A stretch of DNA of 64,000 nucleotides from Neodothiora populina (lineage: Eukaryota), in NCBI RefSeq assembly GCF_041146345.1, contig NW_027191415.1, forward strand, positions 806,001-870,000, given 5' to 3'. Under the pieces are notes generated by a model that made no database searches, was not told the origin of the DNA, and saw only the letters and a list, made by a program, of their open reading frames with translations. A program made the translations under genes and the position numbers. Each line of letters opens with the position of its first letter. The first letter of the stretch is position 1. Of this stretch, positions 1-12,961 are shown piece by piece.

Positions 1-3000
1 GCGGGAATGAGCGCGCGTCGTGTTACTGCGGAGTAGCGGAGGTGAGAAGATTGTCCTGCCAGACCATTGGTGATTCGAAGAAAAGCTGCTGAGCGAATGG
101 GGGAGGACTTTTTGTGCTCCTGGGTTACTGCTGCTGGAGACAAGTCACGACAGGTGACAAGATGTAGGGGAGTGGCAGCGGTCAGCGTGGGCGTGGAAAC
201 ACTGCGTAGCTGATTCATGGGAGGCGCCGGCTTTCATATGTACTCTAATGCGAATACCCTTTCTCCTTACGGGGATCTAACGGGACGCTTTAGTTCGAAA
301 ATGACAAAAAAGCTTCTGAGGTTCGTCTGAGGTCCCACCTCGGCGGTAAGGAACAAAGCGTAGCGTGCCAAGAGGGCCACCCCCATCCGCCGCTCAGGGA
401 CTCTGTTTCCAGATCGGAGTTTCTCCAGTTCGGAGCAATAGCGCATCTCGCGAAGGAAAACCCTGAAATAATTGCCTCTTGAATGCGAGTCCATCGAGTA
501 TTAGATACAGATGCGGAGGTACAGGTACGTTACATCTGCTTGCGTCTTTATTGGATGGATCTCTGTTCCGTGCAGTTCTATGCTTCTTCTACAACTATAC
601 AAGTGTACGGTCGAGCCCGTTCGTCCATTCTAAATCGCCGAGAAACGAGAAATGTGACAGATTTTCGGCCATCGGTCCGCTGCAAAGCACGCAGTGTCGC
701 ACTTGTTGATTGCATACTCCGCCCGCCCTTCCTACACAGGCTGTTGTGTCACGCCTCTCGACTCACCCAGACTTGCAATCCTCCTGTTCGGCATTCTTGT
801 CAGTCTGCGCTGTGGAAGCGTCTCGGCTAACGATGGAACGGTGCTACTGTACCTGGACTAAACTGTTTGCGCAAGCATCATGTGCCAGGCGGCTTTGGAC
901 GGCGGATGTTCAGGAAGGGCCCACGTGCATCTCCACCCTGACTCGCATGTCTATCATGTCTGGATGAAGTGCAACGCTAGACGTGGTAGATAAAGTAAGA
1001 CTTTGAGGTAAGGTCTTGCGGGTGGTGAACACCGACCCGACGTTTAGCCAGGTGTGCGGCAATAGGGCTCGGTATCTTCACGGATAATGGTTAAAACTCC
1101 AGCGGATTTGAAGGGAAAAAGAAAAAGAATTAGCAGCGCCACGCCTACAGTATCTTGGTAACCGTCAGGACATGTGCGTTTCCATACACTAAGCTTCTTC
1201 CGTTGGCTTTCCGAGGTGTTCGGAAGAATGTGCTTGTCCCCTGCTGTAAGAAGCAAAATGGCCGAGAAGCTCTGCACCCGGTAATTCGCCTCATTAGCCA
1301 TCAAACCCCCGAATCATCCATGCCAACGACTCGATTGGGTGTGCAACGTGACCCAGACTTATGTTAACGGTCAATGAGAACAACGCATCCCCTGGCGAAA
1401 ATGGACTCTTCGGCTCCTCTGTCTCACTGTCTACCGGGAAGCTGTGTATCACATAGGCATACGTTTTTATTTTATTTGCTTTCTCAATCGAGCCTGACTG
1501 GAGGTTGTGTTAAAATCATGCAGCCTACCCTGTAGACCGCGAAGATTACCCCCTGGGGAGAGTGCATAGGCATACAAATGCATATAGCCGTCCGTGGTCT
1601 TCGTGTGATAGACGTGGGGAGACAAGCCTGGTGACCTTAGTTCTAGAAGCCTGTCAGGGCTCTAGGCCTGTGTTGATCGGTGAATCGGATCAACGACGAA
1701 AAGAGACGGAGAGATCAGCGCTTTCCCCCACATGATCAGATCTAAGTTACAAAAGGGCCGTACGCATCATGCCTCCATGCTTCCATGCTCCCAGCATCAC
1801 ATGACGTTCCAAGCTCGAGCTGACGCGGACCGGCATCGTATAGCCTTAGCCAAAGTAAGGTAATTAGGTAATACGGAGTGAAGAAGTCATTCGTATACAC
1901 GTTTTGCTATTGCATGAGCAATGGAACAGCGAGGCTTGGCTGTAACAACGTGCTATAGCTAAGAAGTCCATACGCCCAGACACGCACTATTTGTTGCACA
2001 AGTGGAGATGACCTGGATTGTGGATCAGGTAACAGTCACGGGATTGCAGGGCCGCGCCACGTCAAGACTTGCATCAGCCCGACCCAGAGTGACGGCACCA
2101 CTGGAGACGGTCGAGGCTGTTGTAGGGTGAATGATCCACGCCACGAACAGTACGGTCTAAAGCACGTCGGCTAGAGTGATTACAGCACAGTGATTGGCTG
2201 TATCCAGTACCATTAACAAACAGGAATACTCGTTCTAACAACAAAAGCCACCAATGCTTAAATTCTAGGGCTACTGTATGTTGCGCCTTCATGCAAACAG
2301 CCTGCACACTGGCGTCCACGGACCTGTCCAGTCGAACTGCAACTCAATCAGGGAGTGCACTTTCTATAACAGGAAGCAATTCCTCCAATGTCCTAAGTTG
2401 CCCTCTCTGTGCAATCGTGAATGTGCGCAGTCACTGTGGAAGACGGATATCTGGCTTATAGCGCAGCAGAGCTTGGAAAAGCACATGTCCTTGGCGCGTC
2501 TACGGAAGCAATCTAAAGGAACTAGTGATGGTGATCAACACGATGTCATGGTGGTGCTGTGTTTGCGTTGTATGCCTAGGTCTAGTGTCGACCCGATGCT
2601 ATCAGAAGGTCACGCAGCGGCGCACTTATCTGCTCCCACGAGAAGCGTGCGAGACCTGATCAGAGGGCATCGACACAATGACACTTAGGATATATCCATC
2701 CTAGGCAATACCGCCGGATGTCTCATCTTGGGTAGACAATGCGACACGATCGTGGTGAAGCGTGTCCGTGTCTGTGCGTCAACGACGATATTTGGTAGGA
2801 AGGAGTCTCCGCAGGTTCCGCAATAGGATTCAACAGGATCGCCATGGAGTCTCCATTCATGAGATGGGAGATGGTCATCTCGCTAACATGCATGATATGC
2901 GAAAAGGATCGGATATTCATGAGGCACTTGCGAGCAAGGTTGCTATCAGGTGGGTTCTTGACATGTGTCGGTGCATCTGGTGGTGGTAACGAAGATCGAG

Positions 3001-3694
3001 CTTCCTCGAACGTCTACACTTTCGCAAATTTACAAGCCCAGGGTAGCCATGCCAATTACATGCTCATTCGAGATGGACATCTGGTCGGCCCTCTGTATTC
3101 CGCTGCCATCAAGGTGTATCTTGATGACCGGAGTGTAAGTCGCAATGGGACCGTGTGGCTATACGAGAGACCGGTTGATCCTAATGTGTGTAGGGTCAAA
3201 TACCCAGGCAAGCCAGGCTTGAGAGAGATATAATGGGCGGAAGTGAAGCAGCCCGCCCTTCGCGGCTCATCTAGTTGACACAGTCCGCTGCTTGGTTTGT
3301 CTGATAGCGGGGACGATATAAGTAAGCCGAAAGCACGACTGAAGCGAGCAGATTTGAAAGTAATCGGAGTGGATGCTGCAAATACACAGAGTAGCCAAAG
3401 GGTACTGATGGTCACTATAGGGTGTGCGTTTTGTCAGAGAGTATTCAGGGCAGATTAAAGTAATGTACGGTCAGTCAAGGCACCCTTGAAGGTAAGCTGC
3501 CTCACCAAGGTACGGTGAGACGGTAAGCTACAGATACCTTATGGAGGTCGATGGCGTAGGCTTCGGCACGGACCAGATCAAATACTTTGCGGTGCACTGC
3601 ATTTCTCCCGCCAACAGAGTATAGCAAGCTTGCCGTCTGCCAAAGGTGCTTGCTGCACAGATTACAGCACATAGCCTTTCGATCAGGCAGCCGT

Positions 3695-6280
3695 ATGTCG
3701 TTAACAAATGGAGTCGCCATTGGTGCTCACCAAGGTGGGAGGAGTCGGTCTTCCAACGTCATGGGCGCTCGTGCGGGCACGGTAACGCCTGCAGCGCTGT
3801 CGGTATTGAAGCTGCTCGTTGTTGGACTTGTCCACACTCCTCTGTCTTATGCTGCACCTATCCTGACTGGAGGCTTTAATGTCGAGAAACACAATGATGG
3901 ACCTGAGGGAAAGACGCCCGAAGACCCCAGCCTCTACGCCTACCTGGGCGTCGCTGCAGCATTGGTGTTGCTGGGCGGAGCTTTCGCTGGATTAACTATT
4001 GCATTGATGGGACAAGATGAGGTTTACCTGCAGGTCATAGCAACATCTGGTGATGGATCTGAGAAGAAGAGTGCTGGAAAGGTTCTTAGATTGCTTCAGA
4101 GAGGAAAGCACTGGGTCCTCGTCACACTATTGCTGAGCAACGTCATCACCAATGAAACACTGCCTATCGTACTTGACAGATCTCTTGGAGGTGGTTGGCC
4201 TGCTGTGCTGGGCAGTACTGTATTGATCGGTATGCGACAATCTCTGATCTTGCTGAGTTATGATGTTTCTTGTTACTGACCTCATCCCAGTCATTTTCGG
4301 TGAAATTGTGCCCCAGTCGATCTGTGTCCGCTATGGTCTACCTATCGGCGCGTTCATGGCTCCGTTCGTCCTTGGGTTGATGTGGATCATGGCGCCCGTG
4401 GCATGGCCTACCGCGAAATTGCTCGACTGGCTGCTCGGAGAAGATCACGGAACCACGTACAAGAAAGCGGGCTTGAAGACCTTGGTGACACTGCACAAGA
4501 CACTCGGGACCGTTCCTGGTGAACGTCTCAACGAAGACGAGGTGACGATCATCACTGCTGTTTTGGACCTCAAAGACAAGCCGGTTGGCGCCATCATGAC
4601 TCCCATGCAGGATGTATTCACAATGTCTGCAGATACTGTCTTGGACGAAAAGATGATGGATACTATTCTGTCTCAGGGTTACTCGCGCATTCCTATCTAT
4701 GCCCCCGAGAATCCAAAGAACTTCATAGGCATGCTGCTGGTCAAGATACTGATTACTTACGATCCAGAAGATGCTCTGCGTGTCAGAGACTTCTCGCTTG
4801 CGACTTTGCCCGAGACCGCACCTGACACTAGCTGTCTCGACATTGTGAACTTCTTCCAGGAGGGCAAGTCTCACATGGTGTTGGTGTCCGACTTCCCAGG
4901 ACAGGACAAGGGTGCGCTTGGAGTCGTCACTCTCGAGGACGTCATCGAGGAGCTCATTGGCGAGTGAGTCTACATGCTTGCATTATGCTTGAATAACAGA
5001 GCCACAGCTGACACAATCGCTTCAGGGAAATCATTGATGAATCAGATGTCTTTGTCGATGTGCACAAGGCTATTCGTCGAATGGCGCCTGCTCCTCGCAC
5101 CAGGTACATCAAGGCACGCAGCTTTGTGGGTAGCCCTGAGGATCATCCCACCAACAATGACGAAAATGCCCCTACCGAGACCACACGTCTGCTAGGAAGT
5201 AACAATGATCGGAACGGTCCCATCAATGGACCTCGGGAGACCACTGTTTTGGTACGACGACGTAGCAGCGCTGCGAGCACCAAAGATGCCATGAAACCAA
5301 TGCCTATCCGTTCTAACACCGCTGACCTGAGGCAACACCTCAAACATCTTGGCCCCAGCAATGTAGCCAGCCGGCCAAAAGCAACAAAATACACGTCTGT
5401 CAAGATCAAGCCCGGTGTCAGTACGATTCCCGAACGTCAAGTGTCAAAGCCTCAATCTGTTGCCGAGACGGATCGTGATCAGAGCACATACAGTGCGACC
5501 GCCAACAACACCGCCCCCACAGACGAAGCCGCAACTGGCAGCGGTGCTGGCCTCGGACAAGTAGAAGATTCTGGTCTCAACGCCAGTGATGGAGCGCATG
5601 TCGTTGCAAATGGGTACGGCACGATGCGTCCGTGGTCCCAGGGTGTTAATGATACAAATAGAGATACTCCTGAGGATGTCCCTGCAGAGGACTCGTCTTC
5701 GTCCCCTCCAAAGCCTATGACCGCAGGCGAGGCTGCTGCGTTCGCTGATCAACACACATCGCCGAATCCTCCCGCCGAAGGCCAAGATCGTCAGGACCGC
5801 CAGGACCGCGAGGATCAGGCTAAAGAGGGTCGAGAAGAGCCAGAGTTTCCAGAGAAGATTGTTGTAGAAGGTAGCACTTCACGTCCAGTTTCGGGTGAAG
5901 GTGAATCCCGTTCTGGTTCCGCTCACTCATCTACTGTGGGAGACTTGGAGCCGGTTTTACCAAGGTCGCGCACTTCCAGATCTGCACGTTCGGGCAGCAT
6001 AACGGAGAATATTATAAATGTCGGTGGTATGAAGAAGGTCGTCCTGGAGACCAACAACTCATCGGACGCGGATGAGATAATTCGTGAATTGGCCCAAAGT
6101 GACGGAGCCAACGATGACGACAGGGAGCCTGCACAGAATGGCGAAGGAGAGGCAGGCTCCAAGGGGGCGTCCAAGAAAAAGAAGAAGAAGAAGAGAGCGG
6201 GGAAGAAATTCCGCAACAAGGATAGCAAGAGTGGTAGCGGTGACAGCACGCCACTCCTGAACCACTCGGGAGATGATTGA
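3695..6280 (+). CDS. MAM3: CNNM/Mam3-family metal homeostasis protein (DUF21 TM domain + CBS pair), 3 exons
   Basis: Motifs [58 protein letters not shown] and [22 protein letters not shown]. Introns 4230-4290 and 4964-5025 restore the frame. First ATG at 3695 (alternative 3761). Disordered tail with poly-Lys and DSTPLL. Confidence 0.92.
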
Positions 6281-6891
6281 AGATGAACGGATTGAGTTTG
6301 AGCAGAGGAAAAGCGAGCACTGATTGATGGTTTCCTATTCTCTTTTCCCTTTCTCTCCTATGTGTTATCATGAGCGAGACTGTATATCTAGTGCAAGAGC
6401 GTATCTGGACCCACTTCGACATATTGTACTATGACTGACATAAATAAAACAGCTTCCATATTCTATACATGCATTATCGAGATATTTCTTTCCTCAGTCA
6501 ACAGCTCCGACTCAGAGACCCGGTCTCGCCGATATAGTGCACGTGAGGAGACAAGGATCTTTCGTGTTCATTTGGGACTCGAGGTACTATGGTACCTGCT
6601 ACATGCATAGATTATTGCACCCAAAAGAATGGTCGAGTCGCTGTAAACAAGCGACTGCGGATATAGGGGGTATCGAAGGCGAGTAAAGTACTTGTACAAG
6701 TGCGTTAACCAAACTCCAACTTTCAATCCACAACTGCCCCGGACCCGAGACTTTTCCCCGCCCGCCTGCCATTGTTGCCGACGATAAGCGTGCGGGCTAA
6801 GGTACAATACAGGAAGGTACCTTATTGTCCCGGTCAATAAATAGATGAGTGAGGCAGGAGCCCACATAGCATCATCCTTTCTGATCCGACT

Positions 6892-8280
6892 ATGCTACTC
6901 TCTGTCGACATAGCAAGTATGAGAAGAACAGTGTGGAATGCGAGGCCTTTAAAGACTCTGGCAACGAAAAAGAAGCGACGCCATTACTCATCATTACACA
7001 GCAAGACATCAACAGCACGCCTGAACATACCCATGGACTTTTCCACAACACCCATCTTGAACCACACATCACGAACCGCACTTGCCAATCCAGAACTGTC
7101 CAATGACAGCAGCGTCAAGAACGGAACCACGGTGCGACAGAATCTGTTCCAAGCCATCAACTCAGCCCTCTCGCATGCTCTAAGGACCGACGCCCGAGTG
7201 CTTCTCTTCGGCGAAGACGTAGCCTTCGGGGGCGTCTTCCGCTGCTCGATGAACCTCGCCAATGACTTCGGCGACGACAGAGTGTTCAACACGCCTTTGT
7301 CGGAGCAAGGCATCGTCGGGTTCGCCATCGGCGCGGCGTTCGAGGGCATGAAGCCAGTTGCGGAGATCCAGTTCGCGGACTATGTGTATCCCGCTTTCGA
7401 CCAGCTCGTCAACGAGGCTGCAAAGGCGAGGTTCAGAGCCGGCATCAACGCAGCCGAGCAGAGTTGCGGTGGACTGGTCGTCAGGATGCCCTGTGGGGGC
7501 GTGGGCCATGGTGCGTTATACCACTCTCAGTCCCCCGAGTCGCTCTTCACCCACATCCCCGGCCTACGCGTCGTGATGCCCCGCAGCCCAACGCAAGCCA
7601 AAGGCCTGCTGCTGGCCAGCATCGCGAGTCCGGACCCCGTGATCTTCATGGAGCCGAAGATTCTCTACCGCGCGGCCGTCGAACACGTCCCGTCAGAAGC
7701 CTACACTCTCCCTCTCAGCGCAGCCGAGATTCTAAAGCCCGGCGAGGATCTCACCGTCATCAGCTACGGCACGCCGCTGTACACGTGCTCTGCAGCCATC
7801 GAGGCCGCCGAGCGAGATCTCGGATGTAGTGTTGAGCTGATAGACCTCAGGACAGTGTATCCCTGGGACCGGCCCGCGATCATCGCCAGTGTGAATCGGA
7901 CGGGCAGGGCGGTTGTTGTGCATGAGAGTATGGTCAACGCGGGCGTCGGCGCCGAGGTCGCGGCGACGGTGCAGGATAAGTGCTTTTTGAGACTCGAGGC
8001 GCCGGTTGCGAGGGTTGGGGGATGGAGTACGCATGTTGGGTTGGCTTATGAGGTGAGTCGTTCGCTTCTTGTCTTTGGCCCCCTCTATTGGGGGTTCGTC
8101 GAGGGAGAATATTGCTAATGTTTCGTTGTTGCGTCTTGCAGCGGTTCAATATTCCGGATGTCGTCAGTAAGTCTATCACGTCAATTCTTCTACCTGTGAC
8201 TCGTGTGTCGTGCGTGTACATTCTGACTCGTCGTTGACATAGGGGTGTACGATGCGATCAAAAAGACGCTAGAGTACTGA
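6892..8280 (+). CDS. BCKDHB: Branched-chain 2-oxoacid dehydrogenase E1 beta subunit, mitochondrial
   Basis: Motifs FGEDVAFGGVFRC, VFNTPLSEQGIVGFAIG, AEIQFADY and GHGALYHSQSPE. Introns 8053-8141 and 8167-8242 give the C-terminus RFNIPDVVRVYDAIKKTLEY*. Basic N-terminal presequence (start 6892 or 6919). Confidence 0.95.
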
Positions 8281-8487
8281 ATGCAGCGCATTAGACATGC
8301 CATTATCACATGGGTAACTATAGATCATAATGCATGACTCACAAAGAGACTGCGCGAGGCAGGAGCGATAAGGAAGAGATATGAGCATGACACAATATGG
8401 ATGACTTGCGTCCTGTATACCTTCTGTAGGGCAACCCTGTCCTTGGTGGTCCCGCCCAGGCGCAAGTGGTGAAAAGCAACACGACAT

Positions 8488-10610
8488 CTAATTCCCGCGA
8501 ACCTTGTCCTCGTCCTCTTCACCTTCAAGCCATATCTCATGGCCATCACCCTCACGGACCCAGCCGCTAGCTAAAGCACCCATGACCGCCCAGCCAGCCA
8601 TGCACCACCAGGCCAACCCAACATACCCATGAGACAAACCCAAGCCGTAGAGCCACGAGAGAACCACAGGACCAATTGTCCGCATAGCCGAACTCACTGA
8701 CTGGCCCACACCATGTATGGTACCCAACACACTAGGATGAGGCGAAGCATTATTGACGAGGATAGCCGTGGCGGGCAGGGCGAAAGTGCGAGCGAGGACT
8801 TGCACGAAGAGGACGACTGTCAGAGCCAACCACAGCCACGGACCCGCAGCCGGGTCAGGTGGAGACGTAGAGCTAGGCACCAAGGCCAGGAAGGGGACGA
8901 GCGTGTATGCTAGAGGGAAGAGACAGAGCGCCAGACGAAAGGAGAGGACGGTGCCTAGACGGAATGAAAGACGCGGGTACAGCATGAGCTGAAGAGAGAT
9001 GCCAATGACACCCAGTATCGCGAGTGCACTACCGATCTTGGGAGGCGGCAGAGCCAGACCTCCCGTGAAAGTGAATGGAAGATGCGGCGTGTACCCCGGT
9101 GGCAAATGCAGACTCTCGTTGGGGTCCGTCTCGCTGCGCATCGACATTCGCTGCTGCTGCTGCTGCTTTGTTTTCGGCGTGTACCGCGTCGTACTCATAA
9201 ACATGAAGAACAACGAAGTAAAAGTCCCTACGTGACAAGCAAGCAGACCATGAGCCATCAGAGTGAAAAGGACGTTCGGTGTCCAGATCCTTCGAAAGGG
9301 CAACTTCTGTCTGACGAGCGGCGTGGACGAGGAAGATGTCTGAGGCGTCTGCGGCGTAGGAGGACAAGCCATCTCCACATTACCCCCCTGTTCATCAACC
9401 GTAGAAACAGCGGCATAACCGCGTACATCGCGTTTGTGAAACACAGCTCTCGCGACCCACCGACTGAACCGAATGCCCCAGTCCGGCCTATCCCTGAGCG
9501 CCACGAGAGACTCCTCAAGACCGAGGAACAGCGCGGTCGCAGAACAGACGAGAAACACGGCACTGACGAGATTAGGCAGCGCATAAGGCCACTGCCGCAT
9601 CCACCACACGCCGTCTTGGCCGCCGAAGCTAGAATGAGGTCCGAAAAGCCCGGGGTAGGAACTTATGGGATCTGCGAGCAAACCGCCTAGGATCGGACCG
9701 ATGATGACGCCGATGTTGAAGGTCATTGGGAGCAAGAGGAAGGCGCGGGACTGGAACTTCTTTTCGCGTATGATTTCGGATATCATGGTTCTCATTACTC
9801 CGATGTTGCCGTTCAAGGCTTCGAAGAGGTTAGCTTTCGGATGGTTACACAACGCTATTGGGGCATAGATTTTCACGGGACAAGGGAGACAAGAAGTGAA
9901 GAGCGAGAAATAGTGGATTCAAACTCACCTCCTCCTAAACACCGCCAACACAGCGCGGCGGCGAAGCTCCTGCTGAAGCCAAACCCCACCGCACCAATAG
10001 CGGTCCCGAGCAGACCTATAAGAATGACACGTTTCCTGCCCATGCGCTCCGAGTCAGCCATTCTGCCCCAGAGGATCGCAGTGCAGAATTGAGCGCCGGT
10101 GAAAGCAGCCTGCAGCAGACCGGCCTGATTCGAGATTTTGCTATCGGAAGCGTCGGGCGAGAGGGAGCGGAGTTGGTAGAACATGTACGACTGCAGAGAG
10201 GTCTGGGTCAAGGGCTCCGAGAGACGTGCTAGGGTCAGGATGGCCAATTGGTCCTTTCGCGGTAGGGACATCCATGATACTGGACCGCCTGGGTCCAGCT
10301 GTGATGTTGAGATGGGATGTAGTGCTGTGCCGGCACGTCTGACTTGCTCGTCTTCGTCGATAGGCAGGACGTTGTTCGTGGGTTGTGATGTGGGGTTTGC
10401 TGTGTTACTATCGTATAGTTTTGTTCTTTCTTCGTCGTCGTCGTCGTCGTCATCGTTGTATTTCTTGCTTTCATTCGTCACATAAGAAGACTCCACAAGG
10501 CGAGATGAGTTGCTCGACGATGGAGTCGTCACATCGCTTTGTGCTGTCGAGGAAGGTACCCCATCGGATGGCAGTGGCGTTGCCGACGGGTTATGTGGGG
10601 AGATTGTCAT
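8488..10610 (-). CDS. Major facilitator superfamily transporter (DHA1/ZIFL-like), 2 exons
   Basis: Motifs LPRKDQLAILTLARLSEP, WGRMADSERMGRKRV (MFS motif A), ALNGNIGVMRTMISE and LGTIHGVGQSVSSAMRTIGP. Intron 9819-9928 (GTGAGT..GCTAAC..AAG). Confidence 0.9.
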
Positions 10611-11056
10611 GAAAGATAAAGCATCAAATGCAAATGACACCCACAGACAGAGTGACAATTATGAGCCGCAAGAGGGAGAACTTGTACAGTAGTCGAGATG
10701 CGATTTCACAATAAAGTGATAAGATAGGATTGTACGAGTGTCAAGGACACAAATGGTATCTTTTCTTGCTGGCGGCTCGAGTACCTTACCAAAACAGTAT
10801 CGCTAATGCAGGTCGGTGGCAGAGTGCCGAATTGCCGAACAGCCTGAGCTGGTCGCATTAAGCTGTTGGTACTTTGCCCTTTCCCCATGCGATAAGTACA
10901 ATAGCAGACAGAAGATGGTAGCATCAAATCTCGGTGACGCATGATGCAAGCGCGTCTCAGCTGTCGATGTAAAAAAGGGAACCTGAATCTCGCAACGGAC
11001 CCATAACCCACCAATGAAGCAGACAACGTGTTTCGCCTCGCTAGAATGGCATGAAG

Positions 11057-11076
11057 AAGCAAGCAAGCAAGCAAGC
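11057..11076. repeat. (AAGC)5 microsatellite
   Basis: Read directly: aagcaagcaagcaagcaagc, just downstream of the HP1 gene. Confidence 0.85.
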
Positions 11077-11144
11077 AGTAGAAAAGTAACAGTGGATCAA
11101 AATCGAGCTGACTCCGAATGAACATTTCAAGTAGATGTCGCACT

Positions 11145-12272
11145 TCATCCATCTACCGGGTTGTATTTGGGATCGGAATAGTCTGTCGGCTTGAAAACGC
11201 TGTGTTACAGTCAGAACTGTCGTTGTCGATTTGCAAGAATGTGGATGGAAGACACGTACAGTTTACCCATCAAATAGTCCAGTAGCTAGAGACAAATGGT
11301 CAGCCGGTTTCCCATGTGGAGCAGAGTAGGTGGCAACAATGCAGAGGCCAACTTACCTTTTGCGGGCATTTCTGGCGAAGTGTGACGACGGAGTGGGCAA
11401 TCTGCTTGCCAGACTTCCATGTGGTAAAAGCGATATATTCCATCTGCTCCTTGCCATTCTTGATGACAGGCTTCTGCTCAAGCACGTTTACGCATTCGAT
11501 CTCGTCTTCCCATGAGCCGACAGGCAGCGGGGGCTCGTGTGCAGCACCATTGGACTTTCTTTTCTTGTTACTCTTTGCGGCGGACACGGGGTCGGGCGTG
11601 TCCTCTGCGCCTTGCGACTTGCGCTTTCGACCCCTACCTTTGGCGGCAGGAGTGGCAGGCTTGAAGACCGGTCTGCCTCCGACCTTCTTGAAGTATTCTT
11701 CGAGGACTTCCGAGGCACCAGAACTGTGCATGTCAGCTTGTGTGTTGCAAGTGGGTCTGAGCCAGAGGGAAATGCGTACAGGTGCTCTTCCGGCTCCCAG
11801 GTGCGATCTGCTTTTGATTCGTAGCCGGCCCACTTGACTTCGTACTTTACAACACCCTGATAGCCGCGTCAGAGCAATGTGTGCAAGGTATGGATGTTCA
11901 GACAAACGAACGTCTGTCTCGAATGCGTGGCTCATGATCTCCTCGACAACATATTCTTCCTCTTCCTCATCGTCCTCGCTCCCTTGTTCACCGTCGTCTT
12001 CGTCGGGAGCATCGGACACGTCTTGCACTTGGGCGGCGCGTGGTGTGGATCTGGACGCTGCGGTGGTTTTGGCATTCTTGGTGGACTTTGCGGCCGACTT
12101 GGAGGCTTTTGTGGCTCTGGCGGGAATCACATCATCGGCACCATCAGAGACGTCGGAATCATCAGAGACATTTTGGTCAATGATCATAGCTGAGAACGTC
12201 AGATGGTATGTCAGAAGGAATAGTGGAAGATTGACACGCGCGTCAGGTCAGTGTGCTTCACTCACGAGGCAT
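11145..12272 (-). CDS. HP1: Heterochromatin protein 1 (HP1/Swi6-like), chromo + chromoshadow domains, 6 exons
   Basis: Spliced product MPPMIIDQ...EEEYVVEEIMSH..GVVKYEVKWAGYESKADRTWEPEEHL (chromodomain), a basic hinge, then LPVGSWEDEI...WKSGK...KCPQKLLDYLMGKLVF (chromoshadow). ATG at 12272 is followed by intron 12190-12265; stop at 11145. Confidence 0.88.
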
Positions 12273-12961
12273 GATTGCGACTGTGACGAGAGGAAGATGG
12301 AGACAAGGTCAGGGTGGGATGGCGATCAGCGCGATTGACGCGTCTTGATAGAAAAGGCAGGCACGTAGCTCGGGATCTTGTATGCTAGAGTGAGCAGGGC
12401 AGGTGTGTGAATGGGCGACATAACACTTTCACTAATTATTGGTTAGACGAACGGCAGGGTGACGCGCCCGCCTGGCGTTTGCTTCTAGTTCGGCTTGGAA
12501 TTGGAATGCGGAGAATGCTGATGCACAGACCATCAGCCCTCAAACGCCAAGGAAATGTCCATAATTCCCGCGTGACTTCAGTAAAAAACACAGAAACAGC
12601 AAGAACAGATGGCCCAGAAGCAGCCACACATGAATGAAAAGCTGAGCTCGACAGGCAAATACTCAATGGCAAGACGATGTCATCTCAAACCGTAGTTGCG
12701 TATCTGCAAGGTTAGCTAAGGTAGGTTATTCCTATGTATGTGTGTGATTCAAAGAAAGATCTATTGCTCAATATCTTATCTAATCAATCCACCCCCGTCC
12801 TGCCTGTCCGCCCGCCGCAATTGTGCCAAGTGCGACTTTGATACACGACACCTTCGAAGCTGCTGGACAGCAAGGTAGCCTTAGCCTTTGAAAGAGTTCA
12901 CAACACAAATAGTCGACTGAATCCCCTCTGGTCGCTATCTCTCGGGTTTGCAAGTTCCAGA

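Noticed and set aside
1..3600. Many 60-136 aa ORFs, including 2844-3233 (129 aa)
   Set aside because: No recognisable motifs or convincing splice structure. Treated as intergenic/promoter DNA, although a small lineage-specific gene cannot be excluded.
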